From contig JBJFGS010000018.1 of the NCBI GenBank assembly GCA_051892935.1, forward strand, positions 10,753 to 74,752: a DNA stretch of 64,000 bases. Reading direction: 5' to 3'. Shown here one piece after another: positions 18,008 through 27,761 of the stretch. The notes beneath the pieces are model-generated. The model was given only the letters and a program-made list of their open reading frames with translations. It ran no database searches and was not told the DNA's origin. A program made the position numbers and the translations under genes. The stretch comes from Candidatus Coprovivens sp. (GTDB lineage Bacteria > Bacillota_I > Bacilli_A > RF39 > UBA660). Position 1 is the stretch's first letter. Each line of letters opens with the position of its first letter.

Positions 18008-20158
18008 ATGGAAGTATTATCATTATTTAATTTTAAACCCCTTAAAACAATCTATGAAAATAGTATTTTCAAAATATACAAAGTTGAAAAAGAGGACGGA
18101 ACAATCGCTGTAGTAAAAAAATTAACACTTCCAATAAGCGATGATGATGCCGTAAAACTAATGGAAAGTGGCAAAATTCTTTTTTTACAAGATGCAACAA
18201 ACTATTATTTACAACAAATGAATAAAGAAATAGAAACATTAAAAAAACTTAATAACGAAAAAAATATTTTGCATTACCAAGATAAATATGAAGAAACAAT
18301 AGATGGCAAAACAAGTTATTACATAATAATGGAATATGCTGAAGATTGTTCATCCTACTTTCAAAGAGAAGGTGTAAGCGAAAGTGATGTTATAAAACTT
18401 GGTATTGATATTTGCAGAGCTTTAGAAGCATGTCAAAAAAATAATATATACCATAATGACATTAAACCAGCTAACATCTTCTATAATGGGGAAGAATATA
18501 AACTAGGAGATTTTGGAAATAGCACACAAGGTTCCGATAATAACATTATCAATTTTGGTAGTATGAACTACATATCTCCAGAAATATATGAAAGAAAACC
18601 AACTACTTCAACAAGTGATATTTACTCATTAGGAATAGTAATGTATCAACTCTTAACTAATCACTTACCATTTACAACTACAGAAGAATCAGAAGAAAAA
18701 GCTTTAGAAAAAAGAATGAGTGGTAAAGAAATACCACCAATTGATACATCAAATAAAGAACTTGCTAATATAGTGTTAAAAGCTTGTTCTTATGATATTA
18801 ATAATCGTTACCAATCAGTATCAGAATTAAAAAAAGATTTAGAACAAATTGTTAATCCAAGTACCGAAAAGAAAGAAATAACTTTTAGCAAAACCAAAAT
18901 GAATGACACAATAAGCGTTTTTGATAAAAGTCTAATCGAAAAACAAGATAAAAAAATGCAGGAAATCTATACCCAACAAAGAAAAAACAAAAAAATGTCT
19001 TCCATCAAAAAAGTGCTAAAAAAAGGATTATTAATAGCTTTATTACTTATCTTAATAGGAGTTAGTTCATTTATTTATGCTTTTAATAGAGAATGTGAAC
19101 CAGGATATATTAATAAAAATGGTATTTGCACTAAAGGATATTATTATTGTGATACAGGATATTCATTAAATGAAAAAAATCAATGTCAAAAAACTATAAA
19201 ATCAATCGATGCAAAAGTAACATATAGCTGTCCGAATGGATACACTTATACAAACGATACTTGTGTAAGCAATGAGATTCAAGAACCAACCTTCACATAT
19301 CAATGTATTGATGGATTTACACTAAATGGCAAAAAATGTGAAAAAACAGAAAGCAACGATGCTGTAGAAACATATACATGTCCTAAAGGATATGCCAATA
19401 TGAATGGTATATGTGTAAAAGGTGATGAAAAAGATGCAACAGCAAAATACAGTTGTCCAAGTGGTTATACTAAAGGTCCATTTAAAGAAGATGGAACATA
19501 TAAATGTTCTAAATATGTAACATCCTCATCATCAATAGATGCCACTCCTAAATATAGTTGTAGTAGTGGTACCCTTAATAGCAATAATAAATGTGTAGTT
19601 GTAACAAACAATGTATCTAAATCATCGTGTAATGGAGTAACAAGCAATGAAAAATGTACAACAACAGGAGGAACATGGTGCGAATATTATCCATATACTG
19701 CAGGTTGTACAAAAACATGTACTTATACTTGTACAGTAACATCCGAACCAAATGTAACATATAGTTGCCCAAATGGTGGAACATTAAACGGAACAAAATG
19801 CAACTTTTCCGGAGGAAACACAATTAAAGTAAATGCAGATGTAACATATAGTTGTCCAAGTGGATACGAACGAATTGGTTCGAAATGCATATACGGAAAA
19901 CAAATAAACGGAACAAAAGTTTATACTTGTTTAGATAGCCAAACACTAGTTGGTAACAAATGTTACACCACAATAACAACAGATGCTGTTGGAATGTACA
20001 CATGTCCAGAAGGCTTTATTGCCAGCGGAGTTACATGTATTCAAAACGACTTCCCTCAACCAGTAAAAAAATATACATGTTCAAGAATATATACCTTAAA
20101 TGGTGATAAATGTGAAGAATATGAAACAAAGCCAGCAAAAGCCGAATATACAAAGTAA
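18008..20158 (+). CDS. Hanks-type Ser/Thr protein kinase with TM helix and Cys-rich repeat ectodomain
   Basis: MEY hinge, HNDIKPANI, DFG, YISPE, SDIYSLG; TM helix; 12 C-x(10-16)-C repeats of Y-x-C-P-x-G-Y type. Confidence 0.9.
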   Translation: MEVLSLFNFKPLKTIYENSIFKIYKVEKEDGTIAVVKKLTLPISDDDAVKLMESGKILFLQDATNYYLQQMNKEIETLKKLNNEKNILHYQDKYEETIDGKTSYYIIMEYAEDCSSYFQREGVSESDVIKLGIDICRALEACQKNNIYHNDIKPANIFYNGEEYKLGDFGNSTQGSDNNIINFGSMNYISPEIYERKPTTSTSDIYSLGIVMYQLLTNHLPFTTTEESEEKALEKRMSGKEIPPIDTSNKELANIVLKACSYDINNRYQSVSELKKDLEQIVNPSTEKKEITFSKTKMNDTISVFDKSLIEKQDKKMQEIYTQQRKNKKMSSIKKVLKKGLLIALLLILIGVSSFIYAFNRECEPGYINKNGICTKGYYYCDTGYSLNEKNQCQKTIKSIDAKVTYSCPNGYTYTNDTCVSNEIQEPTFTYQCIDGFTLNGKKCEKTESNDAVETYTCPKGYANMNGICVKGDEKDATAKYSCPSGYTKGPFKEDGTYKCSKYVTSSSSIDATPKYSCSSGTLNSNNKCVVVTNNVSKSSCNGVTSNEKCTTTGGTWCEYYPYTAGCTKTCTYTCTVTSEPNVTYSCPNGGTLNGTKCNFSGGNTIKVNADVTYSCPSGYERIGSKCIYGKQINGTKVYTCLDSQTLVGNKCYTTITTDAVGMYTCPEGFIASGVTCIQNDFPQPVKKYTCSRIYTLNGDKCEEYETKPAKAEYTK

Positions 20159-20188
20159 AACACATAGAAACAAAACTATGTGTTTTTT
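20157..20188 (+). terminator. Intrinsic terminator
   Basis: AAAACACATAG-8nt-CTATGTGTTTTTTT. Confidence 0.75.
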
Positions 20189-20246
20189 ATTGACTAAACC
20201 AAACTCATAATATAAAATTATATAGATGAAAAAGGGAGTTGATATA

Positions 20247-21104
20247 ATGGATATAATTATTGATATTTTATTAGATACTATATTAGATACAATAAAATTA
20301 ATTCCATTCCTAGTAGTTGCATTTCTTATAATAGAATATATAGAACATAAACTATCTAAAAAAAGTAAAAAAATAATTAGTAAATCAGGAAAATTTGGTC
20401 CAATAATAGGAAGTTTACTAGGATTAATTCCTCAATGTGGATTTTCTGTATTAGCAACAAATCTTTATATAACAAGAATAATATCTTTAGGTACTTTAAT
20501 AGCAATTTATTTATCTACTAGTGATGAAATGTTACCAATCCTTATATCTGAAAATGCTCCCCTAAAAACAATTATTCTTATATTAGGAATAAAACTTATT
20601 GTAGGTTTATTATCAGGTATAGTAATTGATTTAATTTTTAAAAATAAAACTAAAGAAAAAGAGACATATGATATATGTGAACATGAACATTGTGGTTGTA
20701 ATCATGATCACAATATAATAAAATCCAGTATAATTCATACAATCAAAACAATATCTTTTATTTTTATAATCTCAATAATAATAAATGTTATATTCGCCTA
20801 TGGAGAAGAACAATTATTATCTAAATTATTACTAAAAGATAGTCTCCTAGCTCCCTTCATAACAAGTTTAATAGGATTAATTCCCAATTGTGGAGCAAGT
20901 GTTGTTTTAACAGAATTATACTTAAATAATGCTTTAAGCTTAGGTGGTATAATAGGTGGTTTATTAACCAATAGTGGTGTAGCTATATTAGTATTATTTA
21001 AATCAAATGATAACATCAAAGATAGTATAAAAGTATTAGGTATAACATACTCAATAGGAGTTATAACCGGTATTATAATCGAAATAATAACTTTAATAAT
21101 ATAA
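20247..21104 (+). CDS. Putative manganese/heavy-metal transporter (DUF2899-like)
   Basis: Duplicated PQCGFS / PNCGAS motifs, STSDE, His/Cys-rich loop CEHEHCGCNHDH. Confidence 0.8.
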   Translation: MDIIIDILLDTILDTIKLIPFLVVAFLIIEYIEHKLSKKSKKIISKSGKFGPIIGSLLGLIPQCGFSVLATNLYITRIISLGTLIAIYLSTSDEMLPILISENAPLKTIILILGIKLIVGLLSGIVIDLIFKNKTKEKETYDICEHEHCGCNHDHNIIKSSIIHTIKTISFIFIISIIINVIFAYGEEQLLSKLLLKDSLLAPFITSLIGLIPNCGASVVLTELYLNNALSLGGIIGGLLTNSGVAILVLFKSNDNIKDSIKVLGITYSIGVITGIIIEIITLII

Positions 21105-21190
21105 AAGACAAAAGTCTTTTTTTTATTTCCAATATAAAAAACTATATAACTAGAATTTTCCTATCTAATATGATAAAATTATCTTACAGG

Positions 21191-21276
21191 ATAAGGGAGT
21201 ATTTTGCATATTTATATGTTCTATAATCAACAAACTCGAATATTATTCTGGTTATAGATTAAATAAAGAGACTTAT
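21191..21276 (+). ncRNA. yybP-ykoY (Mn2+-sensing) riboswitch
   Basis: P1 ATAAG/CTTAT with GGGAGTA..GAGAC internal loop, TATTT/AAATA, GCATA/TATGT, P3 CTATAAT/GTTATAG with TCAACAAA loop and GAAT/ATTC; upstream of a P-type ATPase; TGATAAAAT extended -10 at 21171. Confidence 0.75.
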
Positions 21277-21309
21277 ATGTAAATAATTATATAAGAAAGG
21301 AATATAAAA

Positions 21310-23925
21310 ATGAAATACTACAATAAAAAAATTGAGGAAGTATTAAAAGAAGTTAATAGTACTGAAGATGGCCTAACAGCAGAAAAAGCCAGTCAATTAC
21401 TAGCAACAAATGGTAAAAATGAATTACCTAAACCAAAACAAGATAGTGTTATAAAGTTATTCTTTGATCAATTTAAAAATCCAATTGAACTAATATTAGT
21501 AGTAACAGTTGTTTTATCTTTCGTAGCCAAAGAAACAGTTGATGCAATAGCTCTTATCTTTATAATAATGGTCGACGTAATAATGGGAACATATCAAGAA
21601 TGGAAAGCACGAAAAGATGCTGAAGCCTTAGTCAATATGATAAAATCAACATCTCGTGTTATAAGAGATGGCAAAGAAATAGAAATAGAATCTTCTGAAC
21701 TAGTCGTAGGAGATATTATCCTTCTAGAAAGTGGTGACAAAATAAGTGCCGATGCTAGAATAATCGAATGTCACAACTTTCAAGTAGATGAATCCGCCCT
21801 AACAGGAGAAAGTGTTAACGAAGTAAAAAGTACAGATATTCTAGATGAAGATACACCATTAGCTGATCGTAGTAACATGGTATATGCTGGTACTGCAGTA
21901 ACTACTGGACGTGCAAGAGCAGTTGTTATTGGTACTGCTCTTAATACCGAAATAGGAAAAATAGCTGATAAAGTAACAAATACTAAAGAAGAAAAATCTC
22001 CATTAACAATAAGAACAGAAAAATTTTCAAGACAAATAAGTATAATAATTATTATAGTAGCAATAATTACAACAATAATTCTAATAGTCAAAGATTATGC
22101 ATGGAATGAAATATTCTTATGTGTAATTGCTCTATCAGTATCAGCAATGCCAGAAGGTCTACCTCTAGCATTAACAATGGCACTAACAGTAGCTTCACAA
22201 AGAATGGCTAAAAAAAATGTTATTGTAAAAAAACTAAATGCTGTTGAATCATTAGGAAGTTGTACTGTAATAGCATCAGATAAAACAGGAACACTAACAG
22301 TAAATGAACAAACAGCTAAAGAAATACTCTTAGCTGATGGTTCAAACTATAAAATAAGTGGAACAGGATATAACGATAAAGGTTACGTTCTACCTATTGA
22401 TGGTGCAGATATCAAAAAAGCAGAATACATTGCTTTATTAGGAGCAATTAACAATGAAGCTCACCTTGAAAAACAATCTAACGGCACATGGGAATCATTT
22501 GGTGATTCAATAGACATAGCCTTTCTAAGTATGGCAGAAAAACTAAAAGTAAAAGAAAAACCCAAAGTAATTGAAAGTATCCCATATGAATCTGAAAATC
22601 AATATTCAGCAGTATTTTATGAAAAAGATGGTGAAACATACTGTACAGTAAAAGGATCACTAGAAAAAGTAATGTCTTTTTCCAAAGAAAATGAAAAATA
22701 TCAAAAACAAAATATCGAATTAACAAGTAAAGGTTATCGTGTTATTGCAATAGCCGATGGTAAAGTAAAAGGAACTAATAAAAAAGATATAAAAAATCTC
22801 GAATTTATCGGTATGGTTGCATTTATCGATCCAATAAGAGTAGAAGTAAAAGACTCACTAAAAGAATGTGATGAAGCTGGAATCAAAGTCGTAATGATTA
22901 CCGGTGACCATCCTCTAACCGCTTTTGCTATTGCCAAAGAACTAGGTATGTGCGAAAAAAAATCAGAAGTCGCAACCGGAAAAGATGTTGAAGAATATCT
23001 TGCTAAGGGAGAAGAAGAATTTGATAAATTTGTTAGCAAAATCAGAGTATTCTCTCGTGTTACCCCAATGGATAAACTAGAAATAGTAAACTCATTCAAA
23101 CGCCAAGGAGAATTCGTAGCAGTAACAGGAGATGGAGTAAACGATGCACCAGCCATTCGCGCTGCAAATATAGGTATAGCAATGGGAAGTGGTACAGATG
23201 TTGCCAAAGAAACAGCTTCAATGATTGTTGCCGATGACAACTTCACATCAATAGTATCAGGAGTAAAAGAAGGACGTACAGCTTATAGTAATATTCGTAA
23301 AATAACATTATTCTTATTAAGTTGTGGCTTTGCCGAAGTATGTTTCTTTCTATTATCAATTGCTTTTGGCTACGATATACCTCTAGTAGCAATTCAATTA
23401 CTATGGTTAAATATTGTAACAGATGGTCTCCAAGATATAGCTCTATCATTTGAAAAAGCCGAAGAAAGCATAATGAAAGAAAAACCAAGAGATACCAAAG
23501 AATCACTATTCTCAAAAGATTTAATGATTGAAGTATCAATATTAGGTATTGCAATAAGTGCTATCATCTTTGGTATATGGAAATATTTAAATGACACAGG
23601 AACAAGTATAGAAGTAGCAAGAGCAGTTACAATGATGTTAATGGTATTCATTCAAAATATCAATGTTCTAAATTGTCGTAGTGAAAAACGTTCTGTATTT
23701 AAAGAATCATTAAAAGACAATCCACTTGTTATTGGAACAATCCTATTATCAATAGCTCTTCAAATAATTATGGCAGAAATACCACTAACTGCTAAATTCT
23801 TAAGCGTTGTTCCATTATCAATAACAACAATCATAAAACTATTATTACTATCATTATTAATAATAGTAGTATTTGAAATATACAAAATAATACAAAGATT
23901 AATAAACAAAAATAAAGAGGTGTAA
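21310..23925 (+). CDS. P-type II cation-transporting ATPase (YoaB/MgtA-like, probable Mn2+/Ca2+ exporter)
   Basis: TGES, PEGLP, DKTGTLT, MITGD, TGDGVNDAPA. Confidence 0.95.
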   Translation: MKYYNKKIEEVLKEVNSTEDGLTAEKASQLLATNGKNELPKPKQDSVIKLFFDQFKNPIELILVVTVVLSFVAKETVDAIALIFIIMVDVIMGTYQEWKARKDAEALVNMIKSTSRVIRDGKEIEIESSELVVGDIILLESGDKISADARIIECHNFQVDESALTGESVNEVKSTDILDEDTPLADRSNMVYAGTAVTTGRARAVVIGTALNTEIGKIADKVTNTKEEKSPLTIRTEKFSRQISIIIIIVAIITTIILIVKDYAWNEIFLCVIALSVSAMPEGLPLALTMALTVASQRMAKKNVIVKKLNAVESLGSCTVIASDKTGTLTVNEQTAKEILLADGSNYKISGTGYNDKGYVLPIDGADIKKAEYIALLGAINNEAHLEKQSNGTWESFGDSIDIAFLSMAEKLKVKEKPKVIESIPYESENQYSAVFYEKDGETYCTVKGSLEKVMSFSKENEKYQKQNIELTSKGYRVIAIADGKVKGTNKKDIKNLEFIGMVAFIDPIRVEVKDSLKECDEAGIKVVMITGDHPLTAFAIAKELGMCEKKSEVATGKDVEEYLAKGEEEFDKFVSKIRVFSRVTPMDKLEIVNSFKRQGEFVAVTGDGVNDAPAIRAANIGIAMGSGTDVAKETASMIVADDNFTSIVSGVKEGRTAYSNIRKITLFLLSCGFAEVCFFLLSIAFGYDIPLVAIQLLWLNIVTDGLQDIALSFEKAEESIMKEKPRDTKESLFSKDLMIEVSILGIAISAIIFGIWKYLNDTGTSIEVARAVTMMLMVFIQNINVLNCRSEKRSVFKESLKDNPLVIGTILLSIALQIIMAEIPLTAKFLSVVPLSITTIIKLLLLSLLIIVVFEIYKIIQRLINKNKEV

Positions 23926-23926
23926 T

Positions 23927-24439
23927 ATGGATTCACGAATCATTGCTTTAATAGCAATTATAATAGGTATTGTTATCTGTCTTGCTGGCTTTAAAATTCA
24001 AAAACTAGTAATAACACTTGCTTGGTTTGCTCTTGGATTTTATATTGCTGGTCAAATAGGTGGTAACTTTATTGAAGCATCAACTACTTTGATAATCATT
24101 CAAGTAGTCACGGGATTAATCCTTGCATCCTTAGGATATAAACTAGAAAAACTAGCACTTGCAATAGCTGTTGGTTACCTAACATATTCATCAATCGGCC
24201 CTTATATTACTGGATTTGAAGAAAATATGGTAATAGCTGTTCAAATAGGTATATCTATTCTAGTCGGAATTCTATCAATGTTATTTATAAAACCAATAGT
24301 AATAGTAGTTACAAGTGTAGCAGGAGCTACCTTAATAAAAACCTATTTACCAACATTTATAGCATTACAATCATCAGTCTTAACCATAATATTTATTGGT
24401 TGTGTAGCAATTGGTATAATAGCTCAATTAAAATCATAA
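23927..24439 (+). CDS. DUF4203-like integral membrane protein
   Basis: Gly-rich multi-TM protein; ICLAGFK and SVAGA patterns. Confidence 0.65.
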   Translation: MDSRIIALIAIIIGIVICLAGFKIQKLVITLAWFALGFYIAGQIGGNFIEASTTLIIIQVVTGLILASLGYKLEKLALAIAVGYLTYSSIGPYITGFEENMVIAVQIGISILVGILSMLFIKPIVIVVTSVAGATLIKTYLPTFIALQSSVLTIIFIGCVAIGIIAQLKS

Positions 24440-24495
24440 AAGATGGAATATTCCATCTTTTTTAATATTATGATAAAATATACATAGGTGATAAT

Positions 24496-25260
24496 ATGAA
24501 AAAAAGAATAATAATTCTTCTAATTATTTTAATCTTTCTTACATCAGGATGTAATAATAAAGAAAAGATAGAAGAAACAACTACTACTAAAGTAAATACA
24601 ACTATTTCAGATATAACTAATATAACACCAGACTATATAAAAGAAAGTTACATATACATAAAAGATAACTATCAAAACTATAAAAAAGACGATATCTATG
24701 AAAATCTTCTATATCACATAAAATACTTAGAAGAATTAGGTAAATATAGTAAAGAAAATGAACTAACAATATTAGCAGATAATGTATCAGATTACCTAAA
24801 AAAAAGTAATAAAGAAAATAAACAAAAAATAATTAAAATAATAGAAGAAATAGAAGAAGATGAAGAAAAAATTATCAAAGAAATTTATAATAATTATTTA
24901 AAACTAAAAACAATAAAAGAAATAGTAGAAAAACAAACACCAATTGTTGAAGGTGACCTTAATGATAAGAATCTAAAAACTATTTCTAATATAAATAAAG
25001 CAATTGATTATTTAAGTAAGCATGGTCAAAACCCTTTTAAAAATGATGAAATCTTAGAAAAGTCTATTTACTATTCAATGTTTCTAAGTAACCAAGGAAA
25101 AAAAGAAAATAATATTACAAAACTAGGTCAAAAAATGTATAATTATATTACAACTTTAGATGAAAAAGAAAAAGATGAATTTACTACTATTTTAAATAGC
25201 ATAAATAAAAATCAACAATCTCAAGTCCAAGTATATTGTAATGAAATAAATACGCAATGA
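24496..25260 (+). CDS. Hypothetical lipoprotein with internal duplication
   Basis: Lipobox FLTSG-C; repeated D-x-I-x-E..Y..L..GK..N..T.L unit. Confidence 0.75.
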   Translation: MKKRIIILLIILIFLTSGCNNKEKIEETTTTKVNTTISDITNITPDYIKESYIYIKDNYQNYKKDDIYENLLYHIKYLEELGKYSKENELTILADNVSDYLKKSNKENKQKIIKIIEEIEEDEEKIIKEIYNNYLKLKTIKEIVEKQTPIVEGDLNDKNLKTISNINKAIDYLSKHGQNPFKNDEILEKSIYYSMFLSNQGKKENNITKLGQKMYNYITTLDEKEKDEFTTILNSINKNQQSQVQVYCNEINTQ

Positions 25261-25294
25261 AAAATTGCGTATTTGTCTGAAAGGAAGTAAAAAA

Positions 25295-26032
25295 ATGTTA
25301 CGTGAATTCTTTGTAAACGAAGAACCAAAATTCTTATTTAAACAATTTGGTCTTATTCATATTATCTTCTGTCTAATACCAGTAATTGCTTTAATAATAA
25401 TCTATCTTAATAGAAATAAGATATCAAAAATACCAAAAGAAAAATCTAAAAAAATCCTAAAAATCTGCGCTATAATTCTCTTATTAAATATGCTTATATT
25501 TACAATAGGATTCCTATATTATGGCGTATTTGATTATAAAAAACATCTCCCATTTCATTTATGTTTCATAGCAAACTACATGTTTATGTACGGTATATTA
25601 TTTGATAAAGAATGGATATTAAAATATACAATATTTCTATGCTTTATAGGGCCAATCCCAGCTATTCTATGGCCTGATATGGTATCAACAATAGATAACT
25701 ACGAATGGTGGCAATATGTAATTTCACACCATTTCTTCATTAGTGTAAGTTTCTTTTCATACTATGCCCTTGGATACAATGTCAACTTTAAAGATTATAT
25801 AAAAGTATTTATATTTACCAATATTTTAATGCTAATAATGTATCCATTCAATATAACATTTGATACTAATTATATCTTCTCAACTAAAATACCTGACAAT
25901 GTAATGATTCTATATCCTTGGCTAAAGTATTTCCCACCAATGTTAGTATTAGAAGTAGTGGGGTTAATTATATCAGGACTAATATATTATTTTATAATTA
26001 GAAAAAGAAATTTAGAATTAACGAGCAATTAA
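25295..26032 (+). CDS. YwaF/TMEM164-like integral membrane protein
   Basis: FGLIH, LPFHLC, YVISHH, NY motifs. Confidence 0.8.
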   Translation: MLREFFVNEEPKFLFKQFGLIHIIFCLIPVIALIIIYLNRNKISKIPKEKSKKILKICAIILLLNMLIFTIGFLYYGVFDYKKHLPFHLCFIANYMFMYGILFDKEWILKYTIFLCFIGPIPAILWPDMVSTIDNYEWWQYVISHHFFISVSFFSYYALGYNVNFKDYIKVFIFTNILMLIMYPFNITFDTNYIFSTKIPDNVMILYPWLKYFPPMLVLEVVGLIISGLIYYFIIRKRNLELTSN

Positions 26033-26084
26033 TTTGCTCTTTTTTAATATTTATGATAAATTAAGCACACGAAAGAGGGATTAT

Positions 26085-26891
26085 ATGGGAAAATTCGTTA
26101 ATAACTTAGATGATTACATAGAGTTAGTTCAAATTCTAGAAATGAAAGAATCTCATCAGCAAGCATTTACAAGATATAATAGACAAGCTTTAGCTAAACT
26201 ATCATTATGTACAGGAGCCATAGCAACCTCAGCATATTTTAGTATACTTTATCAAAAACCAGAAACCATAGTAATAGGTTTAGCAAGCATGGCCTTAATA
26301 ACTTCAGCATTTAGTTTATATAACTCAAGACCATTAAAAAGTGATTATAAAATAGATTATGAAAACTTAGATAAAATAGATTATAAAGCCTTAAAAAGAA
26401 GCCAAAGAAAAAGAGAATTCTATACAGGTAAATTAAAATATACATCACCTAAAAGTCTATATAGAAAAGATGCCGAAAATATTAGTGAATTTTTTGGGTA
26501 TGAAAGCGATAACGATCTTCCAATTCATTTTCTTAAAAAAGAAGATGTCCAACCTCGTTTACTAAGAGAATATGATTTATATAATTTAAAATACAACCTA
26601 CCAGAATTAAAAATATCCGAAAACGAATTAACTATCTTTATAGATACTTTAGAATCTTGGTTAAAACCACTTATTCAAGCTCAAAGAATCTATGCTTATT
26701 CAAGTGAATACCTTAAATACCTATATGCAAAAGGATTATTAAACTACTGGGATGAAATAACTATTGAAGAAATTATTAATCATTTATATATCTTAGAAAA
26801 CGATGATATTTCGATAGAACAAATAAAACAATTACAAGCAAAATTAAAAGACAATCTAAATAATAGTAAAAATAACTCATTAAAGAAATAA
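26085..26891 (+). CDS. Hypothetical two-TM membrane protein
   Basis: ORF with GAGGGA RBS and two hydrophobic segments. Confidence 0.7.
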   Translation: MGKFVNNLDDYIELVQILEMKESHQQAFTRYNRQALAKLSLCTGAIATSAYFSILYQKPETIVIGLASMALITSAFSLYNSRPLKSDYKIDYENLDKIDYKALKRSQRKREFYTGKLKYTSPKSLYRKDAENISEFFGYESDNDLPIHFLKKEDVQPRLLREYDLYNLKYNLPELKISENELTIFIDTLESWLKPLIQAQRIYAYSSEYLKYLYAKGLLNYWDEITIEEIINHLYILENDDISIEQIKQLQAKLKDNLNNSKNNSLKK

Positions 26892-26924
26892 TGAGTTTTT
26901 CTATTATAATATGATATAATCTTA

Positions 26925-27656
26925 ATGAAACAAGGTGAAAATGTGGAAAGTGAAAATAAAAACATCGTAAAAACTTTTGGTTTCATTTCATTTATTATTA
27001 TTTTTACCATAATAGTAATGCTATTAATGAATAAATATCAATTAGTACCAAAAGATTATTACAAAGCCTCTGATTTTAAAATAAAGACTATCTACGGTTC
27101 TGTAGATTATGATAAAGACAATATAGATGATTATACAGACTTTGTTTTAGGAGCTCGAAAAGATGCTGAAAATAATCCTAAATATGTAAGTAAATATTAT
27201 GACACATCATATCCACCTGATAATGAAGGAGTTTGTACAGATACAATATGGCGAGCATTTAAAAATGCTGGATATTCATTAAGAGATATGATTGATAACG
27301 ATATTTCTTTATATCCAGAAGACTATCAAAATATAAAAGATAAAGATATTAATATCGATTTTAGACGTGTTAATAATTTAAATATCTTCTTTTCAAAATA
27401 TGCTCAAAGTTTAACACTAAATCCGAAAGAAATAGAAAGTTGGCAACCAGGTGATATCGTAATATTCGAAGATGACCATATAGGAATAATATCAGATCGT
27501 CGTAATAGTGAAGGAGTTACTTTTGTAATTCATAATGGTGGTCAAAAAAACCGTGAAGAAGACTATCTAACTAAAAGTACTATAACAGCTCATTATCGTT
27601 TTGATGCCTCAAAAATACCAGAAAATGTATTGAAAAAATGGTCAGAAAATAAATAA
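26925..27656 (+). CDS. DUF1287 domain protein (NlpC/P60-like) with membrane anchor
   Basis: GVCTDTIWRAF, NIDFRRV.NL, WQPGDIV, HIGIISD, HN; alternative GTG start at 26943. Confidence 0.88.
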   Translation: MKQGENVESENKNIVKTFGFISFIIIFTIIVMLLMNKYQLVPKDYYKASDFKIKTIYGSVDYDKDNIDDYTDFVLGARKDAENNPKYVSKYYDTSYPPDNEGVCTDTIWRAFKNAGYSLRDMIDNDISLYPEDYQNIKDKDINIDFRRVNNLNIFFSKYAQSLTLNPKEIESWQPGDIVIFEDDHIGIISDRRNSEGVTFVIHNGGQKNREEDYLTKSTITAHYRFDASKIPENVLKKWSENK

Positions 27657-27703
27657 AAAACTTACTTGAAAAATTTAAAAATGTTATAATACAAATATAC
27701 AAC

Positions 27704-27745
27704 GAGTAGCTTATGGCGTAAGTCCAGTTGAGCTACTCTTTTTTT
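27704..27745 (+). promoter_or_regulatory. Leader hairpin/attenuator between promoter and carD-like gene
   Basis: GAGTAGCTTA..TGAGCTACTC stem with inner TGGC-GTAA-GtCCA, then T7; lies downstream of TGTTATAAT (27682-27690). Confidence 0.65.
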
Positions 27746-27761
27746 AAAAGAGGGGATAAAT

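Noticed and set aside
27720-27734. PyrR-binding loop (AAGTCCAGTTGAGCT resembles ARUCCNGNGAGGYU)
   Set aside because: Imperfect match and the downstream gene is unrelated to pyrimidine metabolism; kept only as an unidentified leader
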